From IMG/VR virus record IMGVR_UViG_3300010965_000002, positions 96,001 through 160,000 of that record: a stretch of 64,000 bases of DNA. The stretch is one strand, 5' to 3'. Below the pieces are notes generated by a model. The model saw nothing but the letters and a program-made list of their open reading frames with translations. It was not told the DNA's origin and ran no database searches. Positions 46,361 through 56,021 of this stretch are shown here, one piece after another (position 1 is the stretch's first letter; the number at the start of each line of letters is the position of its first letter). This DNA comes from a virus. The position numbers and the translations under genes were made by a program.

Positions 46361-47306
46361 TTGCGCATACGGTAAATACACTGTGTACAGCTACCTCTTT
46401 TGTCAAGCACTAGAAGTAGCTTGTCACGTTTGTGGAGTGCTGAAAGTGAACCCGATAAATGACTATGAAATCAATAGCGGCTTGAACAGGTCTATCCGCT
46501 ACACTGACAGTCCACAAGCCCAACGCTGGGCTAAAACCGTTTGGAGAAACTGGCTGCTTCGACAGCCAGAATTCGTTTGTGCGGTACCTACAGTCATAGG
46601 ACCTGCTGCACGAATCACAAGTCAAGTAAGCTCTACGTTTAGCCGAGGCCATCAGCGAACCATCGACCTTGACAAAGTTCTTGAGCACGCACAGACTCAC
46701 AAGCTAGGCTACATCTACGAACTGGAAATCTCAGGCAACTGGTGCATGATGTACGCACCCTGGCAGTGGCTGTTGTTGAACAAGCCTCAAGTTGATTGGT
46801 GGCGTGTAGATAGTCGTGAAGCCTTGCGCGGTATTCTGGATTGGATGCACGCCGAACAAACGGCTTTGCCAAAAGACATATCCCGTCTGTCTGCCGATCA
46901 AGCGCAGGAGCGCAGCTTCGATTGGCACTACAGGATGGAGTTGAAATCCGAGTCACGAAAGACCGATGTAGGTGAACGCATTGAAGTAGCGCCCGGCGTT
47001 TACCAATTGTGTGATGAACAAGCTCTGTGGTATGAAGGCCACCACATGCACCACTGCGTTGGTGCCTACTGGTCAAGAGTAGAGGCCAAGCACATTCTCG
47101 TTTACCATGTAGACGAACCCAAAGCTACGGTTGAAGCCGTAGAAGGCCGCGTTGTTCAGTTCAGAGGCGTGTGTAATGCCAACGTTGAACTGAGCCCTGA
47201 GACAGTCGAAGTAATTACAAAGCACTCAATTTTTAATCATGAAAAAACTCGCATACAATCTTCTGTACCGTCTTGGCAACAAGCTGCCTATCCGGGTAAT
47301 CTCTGA
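46317..47306 (+). CDS. PcfJ-like domain protein #2
   Basis: YEGHHMHHCVGAY..ATVE..QFRGVCNA; start uncertain. Confidence 0.72.
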   Translation: MLTQLTKPCTHVLVNCAYGKYTVYSYLFCQALEVACHVCGVLKVNPINDYEINSGLNRSIRYTDSPQAQRWAKTVWRNWLLRQPEFVCAVPTVIGPAARITSQVSSTFSRGHQRTIDLDKVLEHAQTHKLGYIYELEISGNWCMMYAPWQWLLLNKPQVDWWRVDSREALRGILDWMHAEQTALPKDISRLSADQAQERSFDWHYRMELKSESRKTDVGERIEVAPGVYQLCDEQALWYEGHHMHHCVGAYWSRVEAKHILVYHVDEPKATVEAVEGRVVQFRGVCNANVELSPETVEVITKHSIFNHEKTRIQSSVPSWQQAAYPGNL

Positions 47307-47832
47307 TAACGGAATGCCGTACCTTGAGCGTTACTACGTCTGTACTCTCTTTGGTCTGCGGGTGTACCTACATCGTTTCGTTGGCAGCGACCCAATGCGT
47401 GGCTGGCACGATCATCCGTTCTATCCTTGTCTCAGCGTAGTGCTGTGGGGCGAGTACGGTGAAGAACGTGGCACACCATCTGACGTTGACTACATGATGC
47501 GTGATGTGCAGGCTACCTCTCACTTTGACATCAAGCCTCAACGTGTTCGCTGGTTCAACTGGCTTTCACGTAACACAGCCCATCGCGTTGTCATTGGCGA
47601 CGATTGGACACCCGGTGTTGCTGGTGGCAAGTATTCCTCACGCAGCAAAGAGTGCTGGACGTTGTTCGTGCATCCTGCTGAGTATCGTACCGCGTGGGGC
47701 TTCTGGACACGCAATACTTGGGGACTATCATGGTCGCCGTTCGATGGTGGTGCAGGCACCAAGTCCAGCGGTGAATGGTGGAAGACGACACACATTGGGT
47801 CTGCTCACCCACAACGTCAGCCGTCACTGTGA
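47239..47832 (+). CDS. Cupin-like phage protein
   Basis: PYLERYY..VYLHRF..SDP..WHDHP..HRV. Confidence 0.65.
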   Translation: MKKLAYNLLYRLGNKLPIRVISDNGMPYLERYYVCTLFGLRVYLHRFVGSDPMRGWHDHPFYPCLSVVLWGEYGEERGTPSDVDYMMRDVQATSHFDIKPQRVRWFNWLSRNTAHRVVIGDDWTPGVAGGKYSSRSKECWTLFVHPAEYRTAWGFWTRNTWGLSWSPFDGGAGTKSSGEWWKTTHIGSAHPQRQPSL

Positions 47833-48047
47833 TGCAGCAGTCAGCCCTATACACATTGGCTGACAACACCGTATTCGACCTAGGTTCTATTGACGCGATT
47901 CAATCTATTTCCGACCACCTGTTCTTGGTAGTCGTGAATGGACATCCTGTTAATGTCAGCGACGAAACTAACACACAACGTCAGGCTCTTAGTTGGGCCT
48001 GGAGTTGTTGGCGGCTTAACCACACACGTGAGGGCCGCCTATGTTAG
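47832..48047 (+). CDS. Small hypothetical protein
   Basis: TGATG coupling. Confidence 0.45.
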   Translation: MQQSALYTLADNTVFDLGSIDAIQSISDHLFLVVVNGHPVNVSDETNTQRQALSWAWSCWRLNHTREGRLC

Positions 48048-49150
48048 ATGGCATTCACATTGGTTTAGACCCTGACGGCATAAGAGTGTTATGCAACGAA
48101 CGGTGGATGGCTCCAAAAGACATCCCTAAAAATACGCCTGACAGAAGCAACTGCTTCAACGTCAAGAGCCACACGTCTGAACACAAACTGTCCATAGGCT
48201 TCAAGAAAGACAAGCTCATTTTCAAAATGAACCCCACGTCTTTCTTGTCTGGACAGAATGTGGCAGGCTCCAATAACGCCCATCAGTTGGTTGTGCAGAC
48301 AATGCAGCGACTTGAACAGATGGGTATCATTCAGTTTAGTCCTGCGGCCAAACAACGAGTCAAAGAAGGCAACTACGACATTCACCAAATGGCATTCAAC
48401 AAGTATCTGGAGTTAGGCAACCGACCTAAGATGGAGGTGTTCGACCTGCTTAAAACGATTTACGGTGGCGTGTGTTCGCATATCGCGTTCATACTCAATG
48501 AGGCTTACCACATGTACTCTGGTACAGGCTTCATTGTCACTAACAGATCGTTGGCCCTGACAGTGTACGACAAAGAGCTTGAGATTGCGTCGAAGAAAAG
48601 AAAATATGTAGGCCAAGCGTTACCCGACCTACCACACTTGCGCACTAAGATGAGGTGTGAAGTAACTGTAAAGTATAGTTACTTCTCCAAAAGCAAACGG
48701 CGCATGTCTTGGTGGATTGGTAAAGACTGGGACGCAGAGGCCGAAGACATCATTGCTGCCGGCCTTGAACGTTTCCGTGTTGACTATCTACTGGGCTGCC
48801 CCAATGTTTTTGAACCTGACTACACTGCGTCTTGGAAGCCAAAGCATAAAAACTTGTTCAAGTCGTGGGAAGCAGGTAGTGCCCTAAGCAAGAATCAACG
48901 TGGTACGTTGCTACGCTTCTACGGGTTTGATGCAGAACTCAACGTGACTGCGCATAGAAATACCTTGTGGACGTTGCGCCGCACTATGGATGGGTCTCCT
49001 CCGCGAGTGTCAGAACTCACTGGTGTCGATCACTTCCCAGGCAAAGACTTGTGTGCGCCACTTTTGCCATTCAACCGCCATCTGTGCCTCGGTGCAGATA
49101 CCAAAACCCTTCGCGACATAGCTGAACGTTGCAAAACTCACAAGGCGTAA
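48041..49150 (+). CDS. Rolling-circle initiator-like protein (filamentous-phage gpII/X / Rep_trans type)
   Basis: NPTSFLSGQNVAGSNN, LTVYDKELE (YxKxxE), RCEVT. Confidence 0.7.
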   Translation: MLDGIHIGLDPDGIRVLCNERWMAPKDIPKNTPDRSNCFNVKSHTSEHKLSIGFKKDKLIFKMNPTSFLSGQNVAGSNNAHQLVVQTMQRLEQMGIIQFSPAAKQRVKEGNYDIHQMAFNKYLELGNRPKMEVFDLLKTIYGGVCSHIAFILNEAYHMYSGTGFIVTNRSLALTVYDKELEIASKKRKYVGQALPDLPHLRTKMRCEVTVKYSYFSKSKRRMSWWIGKDWDAEAEDIIAAGLERFRVDYLLGCPNVFEPDYTASWKPKHKNLFKSWEAGSALSKNQRGTLLRFYGFDAELNVTAHRNTLWTLRRTMDGSPPRVSELTGVDHFPGKDLCAPLLPFNRHLCLGADTKTLRDIAERCKTHKA

Positions 49151-49209
49151 GACTAATTTTACTGTCTCCGCAATGTGAGATTTTCCAACTTAACTACAGT
49201 CGAGAACGC

Positions 49210-51549
49210 ATGAAAACAGAGGACCTAATGAACGTCACTAAACGCAACGGGGAAAAGCAACCCCGCGATATTTCCAAGATTCAACGCGCAGTTACTTGGG
49301 CCTGCCAAGGACTCAACGTCAGCCAAAGCGATTTGGAAACGCGCATCCATTTGAATCTGACCGAAGGCGTCAAGACAATTGACATTCAGAAGACCCTAAT
49401 CATGGCAGCCGCCGATATGATTAGCGAGTCATGCCCCGACGCTGCTTACGTGGCCGCCCGCTTCTTGTTGCAGACCTTGTACAAGTACGCCAACAATGGC
49501 AGCATCACTTACCCCAACTGGCTCGAATACGCCAAGCTGGGTGTGGCGCACAAACTGCTTGATGCAAAACTGATCGACCCCACACAGTTTGATCTGACTG
49601 CTATCAATGACGCAATCAAGCCTGAGCGCGATTTGGCGTTCGACTACCTTGGCTTGCAAACACTTGCCGACCGCTATCTGCTTCGTATCGAGGCCGAAGA
49701 CCGTATCATCGAACTGCCTCAGCACATGCTGATGCGCGTTGCTATGGGTGTTGCGTCACGCGAGGAAACTCTGGAGAAGCGTACTCACTACGCAATCGCC
49801 TACTACGAGTCCTACAGTGATCGTCGCAGTATCAACAGCACGCCTACATTGTTCAACAGCGGCACACTGCATCCTCAGTTGAGCAGTTGCTTCGGCACCT
49901 TCATCGGTGACAGCATTGACGGCATCATGGACGGCATGAAGGAAGTTGCTCAGTACAGCAAGTTCTCAGGTGGTTGCTCTATCGACATTGGCGGTGTTCG
50001 CAGCACAGGCTCACGTATTGGCAGCACACGCGGCAAAGCTGGTGGCCCCATTCCGTACCTCAAGTTGTACAACGACGTCCTGATTGGCTTCGATCAAAGC
50101 GGCAAACGCAAAGGCAGCGGCAGCGCATACATCGAACCTTGGCACGTTGACGTGTACCGTTTCTTGGACTTGCGTGAACCAGGTGATGAACGCTTACGTG
50201 CTCACGACATCTTCCCGGCCATGTGGATTCCAGACTTGTTCATGCAGCGCGTTAGCGAAGGCGGCATGTGGTCACTGTTCGACCCCAAGGTTGTTCCGCA
50301 ACTGCACGAAACATACGGTGAAACGTTTGAAGCCCTGTACATCCAAGCTGAAAAGGATGGTTTGGCCGCAGAGCAGATTCATGCCGAAGACCTGTGGTTC
50401 ACCATCATCGAACGTCTTTGGACACACGGCGTGTACTGGCCTTGCTTCAAGGATACTGTCAACTACCGTTACGCACAGCCTGAGATTGTTCACCAAAGCA
50501 ACCTCTGTACTGAAATCACACTGCGCAACGACGACGACGTGTCCTTTGTCTGCAACTTGGGTTCGGTGAACATGGCGCATCCAAAGCATTTGCTGAAACG
50601 CGATGCGTTGGGTAACTTCCTGTGGAATGCCGAACTGGAAGCCACCACCCGATTGATGGTTCGCAACCTTGACAGCGTGATTAGCATTGGCATCATTCCA
50701 CATGCCAAGGGCAAGCGTATGCAAGAGCTTGATCGTCCTATCGGTCTTGGCATCATGGGTTGGGCAGAAGCGTTGTACGCATTGGGCATTGACTACGAAA
50801 GTGCCGACCACGTTGTTTATGCGAATGAAGCCTTGAAGCAAATCTCGCTGACAGCCATTGACGAAAGCGCCAACCTTGCAGCCGAATGGGGTTCGTATCC
50901 GACGTTCGACGTTAGCACCTGGAAAGACGGCCAACTGCCAATTGACAGCCTGCGTCATCGCCGTGTTGTTGACAAGTTCAAACTTGACATCGTGAACACC
51001 AATGCCCCGTTTGGTGACATGGATGCACTGCGTGCGAAAGTTCAGAAGGGTATGCGTAACAGCACCTTGATGGCTATTGCACCTACTGCCACTATTGCCA
51101 ACATCATCGGTACGACGCCTTGTACGGAATTGCCGTGGGACAAAGTCTTCACCAAGAAGAACCTCAGCGGTACGTTCAAGTATCTGGCGCACACGTTGAC
51201 CAACAATCCAGCAGGTCTGCCTTTCAAAGCGGCAAACTCTGTTGACCAATTGTGGACTGTGTGGAGTACAGCAGCCCGTCAGTTCTGGATTGACCAGGCA
51301 CAGAGTACGAACTACTATGTGAACCCGGCCATTCCCGAAGACAAAATCGGTGACAGCATCAGCGACATGTACAAGGAAGCATGGCTGTGCGGCAACAAGA
51401 CTTCGTACTACCTGTACGGACAAGCCGAAGAAGGTGCTGTCAGTTTGGAAACTCCTCTGGTTGGAACCGACTTGGTTGTTGCTGACGCAGAACCTGAAGG
51501 TCGCTTCTGTTCTATTGATGCCGGCCCTGATTGCGAAGCATGTCAGTAA
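49210..51549 (+). CDS. nrdA: Ribonucleotide reductase class Ia alpha subunit with ATP cone
   Basis: VTKRNG, NSTPTL, SSCF, SNLCTEI, APTATIANI, C-terminal CEAC. Confidence 0.97.
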   Translation: MKTEDLMNVTKRNGEKQPRDISKIQRAVTWACQGLNVSQSDLETRIHLNLTEGVKTIDIQKTLIMAAADMISESCPDAAYVAARFLLQTLYKYANNGSITYPNWLEYAKLGVAHKLLDAKLIDPTQFDLTAINDAIKPERDLAFDYLGLQTLADRYLLRIEAEDRIIELPQHMLMRVAMGVASREETLEKRTHYAIAYYESYSDRRSINSTPTLFNSGTLHPQLSSCFGTFIGDSIDGIMDGMKEVAQYSKFSGGCSIDIGGVRSTGSRIGSTRGKAGGPIPYLKLYNDVLIGFDQSGKRKGSGSAYIEPWHVDVYRFLDLREPGDERLRAHDIFPAMWIPDLFMQRVSEGGMWSLFDPKVVPQLHETYGETFEALYIQAEKDGLAAEQIHAEDLWFTIIERLWTHGVYWPCFKDTVNYRYAQPEIVHQSNLCTEITLRNDDDVSFVCNLGSVNMAHPKHLLKRDALGNFLWNAELEATTRLMVRNLDSVISIGIIPHAKGKRMQELDRPIGLGIMGWAEALYALGIDYESADHVVYANEALKQISLTAIDESANLAAEWGSYPTFDVSTWKDGQLPIDSLRHRRVVDKFKLDIVNTNAPFGDMDALRAKVQKGMRNSTLMAIAPTATIANIIGTTPCTELPWDKVFTKKNLSGTFKYLAHTLTNNPAGLPFKAANSVDQLWTVWSTAARQFWIDQAQSTNYYVNPAIPEDKIGDSISDMYKEAWLCGNKTSYYLYGQAEEGAVSLETPLVGTDLVVADAEPEGRFCSIDAGPDCEACQ

Positions 51550-51743
51550 TTGACCAAATCCTACAAGTGCTGGTTGCACTGTGGCTCTGGGATGTGTCAG
51601 TATTCTCCAACCCTTGGATGTACTGGCCGTTACTTGTGCCTGTGATGTTCTTCTTCATCTTCTTCATCTGCAAGTGGATGGTGTTAACAGCCCCGCTATG
51701 GTTGCCTATCGCAATCATTGCCAACCAGTTCAAACGCCGATAA
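51540..51743 (+). CDS. Small membrane protein between nrdA and nrdB
   Basis: Highly hydrophobic 67-aa ORF overlapping the nrdA stop. Confidence 0.5.
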   Translation: MSVIDQILQVLVALWLWDVSVFSNPWMYWPLLVPVMFFFIFFICKWMVLTAPLWLPIAIIANQFKRR

Positions 51744-51749
51744 ACCATA

Positions 51750-51769
51750 AGGCCCGCTTCGGCGGGTCT
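51750..51769 (+). other. C(UUCG)G tetraloop hairpin before nrdB
   Basis: AGGCCCGC-TTCG-GCGGGTCT. Confidence 0.6.
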
Positions 51770-51784
51770 AACTTTCTGGACTAT

Positions 51785-52813
51785 ATGAAAGATAAACGGA
51801 CAACCGCAGAGATTGTCAACGCCCGGCGTATTATCAACGGGCCATCTGACATGCTTCGCGCAGTAAGTGCTACGCGATACCCATGGGCGCGTGATGTTTG
51901 GAAGAAGATGATCGCAAACACCTGGTTTGTGGAAAACATCGTCCTCACACGCGACGTTGGCGAGTACCAGCTTTTGGAAGAAGGTCAGCAAGTTGCGATT
52001 CAACGCGCACTTGGCTTCCTGTCGAACTTGGATAGCATTCAGGTCGACAACTTGACACGCAACGTGATGACCTTTGTTACCGACCCCATGATCGCGCAGT
52101 TGATGCGTCGTCAAGCGGCGGAGGAAGACATCCACGTTGAAACCTATAGCGCCATTGTCGAGACAGTCATCAAAGACCCTATGGCAGTGTATGACCTGTA
52201 CTACCATGTGCCTCAACTGGCTGACAAGAATGACTACATCGTTGCACAAGGTGCTACAGTCAGCAATGCGCCGACAGACGAAAACAAAGTCAAGGCCTTG
52301 GTCAGCAACATGATTCTGGAAGGTGTCTACTTCTTCTCTGGCTTCCTGACGTTCTACACGATTGGACGCAGCACCGGAAAGATTCAAGGCATCATTGACG
52401 GTATCAAGTACATCCAACGGGATGAAGTGACTCACTTGGAATTGTTCCAACTCACCTACTTGAGCTTGCGCCAAGAACGTCCTGATCTGTTCACTCCTGA
52501 ACTGATTGAAGAATGCCGTCAGATGTTCCGTTATGCGGCGGCGCTGGAAATTGAATGGGGTTGCTTCGTTATCGCTAAAGGCGTGCTCGGACTTACCCGT
52601 GAAATCTTCACTGGCTTCATTCAGACCTTGGCTCACGAACGTGCTGCTGCAATTGGTATCGACGGTGTGTTCCCTGATGCCAAGATCACTGTGCCTTGGT
52701 TCGACGATTATGCCAAGATCAACAATGGTCAAAGCAACTTCTTCGAGGCCAAGCCACAGACCTACTCGCATCGCAAGCCTAGCTTTACGCGAAGTGCTGC
52801 TACACGACAGTAA
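51785..52813 (+). CDS. nrdB: Ribonucleotide reductase class I beta subunit
   Basis: LSNLDSIQ, EEDIHVETY (radical Tyr present), LEGVYFFSGF, RDEVTH, NFFE. Confidence 0.96.
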   Translation: MKDKRTTAEIVNARRIINGPSDMLRAVSATRYPWARDVWKKMIANTWFVENIVLTRDVGEYQLLEEGQQVAIQRALGFLSNLDSIQVDNLTRNVMTFVTDPMIAQLMRRQAAEEDIHVETYSAIVETVIKDPMAVYDLYYHVPQLADKNDYIVAQGATVSNAPTDENKVKALVSNMILEGVYFFSGFLTFYTIGRSTGKIQGIIDGIKYIQRDEVTHLELFQLTYLSLRQERPDLFTPELIEECRQMFRYAAALEIEWGCFVIAKGVLGLTREIFTGFIQTLAHERAAAIGIDGVFPDAKITVPWFDDYAKINNGQSNFFEAKPQTYSHRKPSFTRSAATRQ

Positions 52814-52826
52814 GTGACGTTCCTAA

Positions 52827-52864
52827 CTAGACCTTGCAGGCTAATAACGGTCTGCAAGGTCTAG
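52827..52864. terminator. 13-bp inverted repeat after nrdB
   Basis: CTAGACCTTGCAG...CTGCAAGGTCTAG; no clear U tract. Confidence 0.5.
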
Positions 52865-52875
52865 TGCATTCGGCG

Positions 52876-52884
52876 CTGTAAATA
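52876..52884 (+). promoter_or_regulatory. CTGTAAATA motif upstream of thyX
   Basis: Intergenic, 41 nt before the ATG. Confidence 0.55.
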
Positions 52885-52924
52885 GACCATGTAGAATGCA
52901 CTCTTAACCTAAAGGTAATCAACC

Positions 52925-54271
52925 ATGCAAATTCACGTTTTAGACCCACAGTACGCGGGTGACCCCGAAGCCGTTGCGATGTTGCAGGCTTTCTATAGCC
53001 GCAGCGGTGAAAGCATTGTCTCTCGCCTCGAACGCCTCGGCAACAATCTGACCGCCGTTAAAAAGGCGTTGCATCGCTACTTCATTGGCTACGGGCATCA
53101 AAGCATCGGTGACTGTGGTGTTGTCACTGTGTTCATTGAAGGCGTGTCTATTCTTGCAGCCAAGGCACTCCAAGAAAACCCTTTGTACAACGGTCAAGAA
53201 TGCAGCACACGCTACATCGAACTCTCAGGCGCTATGCACGTTGGTTCGCCTACGGCTATGTGGTGGCAAGCTGAGTACCACAAGGTACGTGAAGCTGTAC
53301 TCAAAGGTGTGCGTGCCGAGCACCCTTACGAAGCTGGCGACGGTTTCGACATCAACAACCCTGAGCATACCAAGCCTGGCTCGAACTACGCTACTTGGGA
53401 AAACGCAACAACCGCGCGTGCGTTTGACATTGCCCGTGGCTGGATTCCTTGTGACGCATTGACCAATTTGAGTTGGTCTATCACACTGCGCAAAGCAACT
53501 GAAATCACTACCCAACTCAGTGGTCATCCAATGGCTGAGGTACGTGAAATGGCTATCGCCTTGCGCCAGAAACTGTGTGAAGCCTATCCGCATGGTATTG
53601 CTGCACCAACAAAGGCCGACTCCGAACATGCCGAATGGTTGCGTTCAAATCTTGACGCATGGTATTGTTCGCCTGTATTGCCGTTGGACTGCACTGTTGA
53701 CGCAAAGGCTTCTGCACCTTACGCTTGCTTTACGCAAGAGCAGTTGACATTCATCAACAACCGTCCTCGCCATACTCCGTTGCCTCACGGCTTGGAAACG
53801 ATGGCTCACTTTGTTATTCAAGGTCAGATCGACTACGGCACCTGGCGTGACATGCAGCGTCATCGTCGCAACATCGGTCTGCCTCCAGCAGTTCGACCCA
53901 CAGAGTTCCACACTTGGTACTGTGAGCAGGTGCAACGCTACGTTCCTGGTATGGCAGGTGATGACTTCGTGGCTGCCGCTATGAACCAACTGGACAAGCA
54001 AAAGAAGAACGACTGGAATCCCGATGTGTCGCAGTACGACTGTCCACTGGGTACTGTTGTTCCTTACCGCTACGAAATGGGTCTGTCACAAGCCCTGTAC
54101 TTCGCTGAATTGCGTAGTGGTAATACGGTACACGCCATCCTCCGACCGATTGCACAGCAACTTGCTGATGCTTTACGCGGGTACGGTATCCGTGTTGACA
54201 ATGACAATCAACCCGCACGCTTTGATTTGCGTCGCGGCACTCAAACTATTTATGCAAAGGAATCAGCATGA
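52925..54271 (+). CDS. thyX: Flavin-dependent thymidylate synthase (double-domain type)
   Basis: YGHQSI, IEGVSILAAK, QECSTRY, YGTWRDMQRHR. Confidence 0.88.
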   Translation: MQIHVLDPQYAGDPEAVAMLQAFYSRSGESIVSRLERLGNNLTAVKKALHRYFIGYGHQSIGDCGVVTVFIEGVSILAAKALQENPLYNGQECSTRYIELSGAMHVGSPTAMWWQAEYHKVREAVLKGVRAEHPYEAGDGFDINNPEHTKPGSNYATWENATTARAFDIARGWIPCDALTNLSWSITLRKATEITTQLSGHPMAEVREMAIALRQKLCEAYPHGIAAPTKADSEHAEWLRSNLDAWYCSPVLPLDCTVDAKASAPYACFTQEQLTFINNRPRHTPLPHGLETMAHFVIQGQIDYGTWRDMQRHRRNIGLPPAVRPTEFHTWYCEQVQRYVPGMAGDDFVAAAMNQLDKQKKNDWNPDVSQYDCPLGTVVPYRYEMGLSQALYFAELRSGNTVHAILRPIAQQLADALRGYGIRVDNDNQPARFDLRRGTQTIYAKESA

Positions 54272-54549
54272 ACTTCGGTCAAGTCCTAGACGCAATGCAC
54301 GGCGGCAAACGCGCACGCCGCCCTCACATGGCTCCAGGTGTATTCATCTATCTGGTGCCTGGCAGTGAATTCACTGTTAGCCGCGCACCCTTGAATGTCA
54401 TCTATCCAGAAGGCACGCAGATCAAGTACCAGCCCCACATTGACATCGCGTATGGCAGTGGTGTGTGTGGTGTTTGGCCGATGCCTCAAGCTGACGTTCT
54501 CGCTGACGATTGGCAACTCCTCGAAACCTTTACGCCAGGCGCAGCGTAA
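54268..54549 (+). CDS. DUF2829-like protein
   Basis: MNFGQVLDAM.GGKRARR...YQPHID...W...QADVLADDW. Confidence 0.85.
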   Translation: MNFGQVLDAMHGGKRARRPHMAPGVFIYLVPGSEFTVSRAPLNVIYPEGTQIKYQPHIDIAYGSGVCGVWPMPQADVLADDWQLLETFTPGAA

Positions 54550-54591
54550 ACCACCTGCCTCTTAACGGCAACTACTCGTTAGAAAGAAATC

Positions 54592-55524
54592 ATGCTGCAA
54601 TCAAATGAACTAGAGCGGGCGATACGTCGTTTCCGTCAAAGCTACGAAGCGAACGTTAGTAACGGGAACCAGGAGCTCCGCGTTAGTCAGATGCTTGAGC
54701 ATGATCGCAAGAACTGGGAAAAGCGCGAAGGTGAATTGCACCCAAGCTCTTTTCCGTTCTGCGGTTTACGCTACGCCTATGAACTGGCAAATCGTGAAGA
54801 AGACCCAATTGTCAATATGGACTTTGGCCGTGACTACTTCCTGAATGCAGGTAGTGTGTTTCACAGTGCAGTTCAAAAGTGGATGGGCAATGGCGGTCAA
54901 ATGCTTGGAGACTGGAAATGCCTTGAGTGTGGTGCCAAACACAGCTTCAAAGCCAAGCCCGAGAAATGCCGTAAGTGTGGCGGTATGCACCTTGAGTACC
55001 ATGAGCTTGGTGGCACATGGGGCAAGAACGTCCACTGGCATACTGATGGCCTATGGAAAAACAAGAAGCTCTGGGTTGTTGACTACAAGACAACGAGTTC
55101 CTACGCTATTGAGCAACAGCGTAAAACAAAGCAGGTGTTTCCATACACCTCCAATCGCTTTCAGATTGAAACGTATGTGCCTTTGATTGAAGACACCTAC
55201 GATGTTGAAATTGCTGGCTGGCTGCTAGTCTACTGTGCCCGTGATAATCCAAATCACATGTTCAAAGTAGAAGTGGTAGGCGGCCTGATTGATGATGCGC
55301 GACGCGAACAATTACGCGAACGCCTCGAAACCGCAGACAACGATTGGACTATTGCACGTAAGGTTGTTGAACAGCCCGTCAAAGTTTACAAGCGTCTGCA
55401 AAAAACCAAGCTGTGTGAGGACAAAGATTTCTACGATCACTTCATACATGACAAATACAACCCATGCCCGCTGGCGAAAGTCTGCTTTGGTAGTAAGCTC
55501 AACACCAAGTTAGGAATTGTTTAA
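54592..55524 (+). CDS. Cas4-like PD-(D/E)xK exonuclease with zinc-ribbon insert
   Basis: HPSSFPFC, GSVFH, HTDG..VDYKT, QIETY, terminal C..CP..C; CLEC..CRKC insert. Confidence 0.85.
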   Translation: MLQSNELERAIRRFRQSYEANVSNGNQELRVSQMLEHDRKNWEKREGELHPSSFPFCGLRYAYELANREEDPIVNMDFGRDYFLNAGSVFHSAVQKWMGNGGQMLGDWKCLECGAKHSFKAKPEKCRKCGGMHLEYHELGGTWGKNVHWHTDGLWKNKKLWVVDYKTTSSYAIEQQRKTKQVFPYTSNRFQIETYVPLIEDTYDVEIAGWLLVYCARDNPNHMFKVEVVGGLIDDARREQLRERLETADNDWTIARKVVEQPVKVYKRLQKTKLCEDKDFYDHFIHDKYNPCPLAKVCFGSKLNTKLGIV

Positions 55525-56021
55525 TGAGCGACGAAGAACTTTCACCCGAAGCACATGCACTGTACCAACTGTTTGACTCCCTAGTGACAGACGATTGGGC
55601 TGATGTACACTCGTATGCAGCTTACGTTGCACCCATTGCTCGATGGCTACCTCCACCGAAGTGGAGAGCGTTGTGGCACGAACTCGGGTCACATCACATG
55701 TTGGCCTACAGCGTAAGATCAGGCACTGACTGTGTATCTCGCTGGCGTGATCGCTATCCGTCCAATCCAAAGGACCACTTGTTAACCCAGACGGTCTTTG
55801 TAAATTTGGAAGCACGCTACGCAGAATGGACTACCTTCTGCTGGGACGCATGGAACGAATTCCTACTGTGGTGCGGTATCCAAACCGAAGCCCTTTGGCA
55901 ACTGAACAACGCCTTCTTGATTCTCAGTCAGGCAGGCGTATTAGAAACTCGAAATAGCGGCACCGAAATACGGGTGACGCCAGAAAGCGCAAAATGGAAA
56001 TTAAACAAGGCGTCTACGTAA
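55524..56021 (+). CDS. Hypothetical protein
   Basis: TAATG coupling. Confidence 0.55.
   Translation: MSDEELSPEAHALYQLFDSLVTDDWADVHSYAAYVAPIARWLPPPKWRALWHELGSHHMLAYSVRSGTDCVSRWRDRYPSNPKDHLLTQTVFVNLEARYAEWTTFCWDAWNEFLLWCGIQTEALWQLNNAFLILSQAGVLETRNSGTEIRVTPESAKWKLNKAST

Noticed and set aside
50272-52771. Long minus-strand ORFs 50272..51579 and 51512..52771
   Set aside because: Antisense shadows of nrdA/nrdB caused by codon bias.
49210-54271. Introns or inteins in nrdA, nrdB, thyX
   Set aside because: ORFs are continuous, of ordinary length, and have no intein splice motifs or inserted endonuclease.
54592-55524. CRISPR-Cas locus
   Set aside because: Solo Cas4-like nuclease in a replication operon, with no array or other cas genes.
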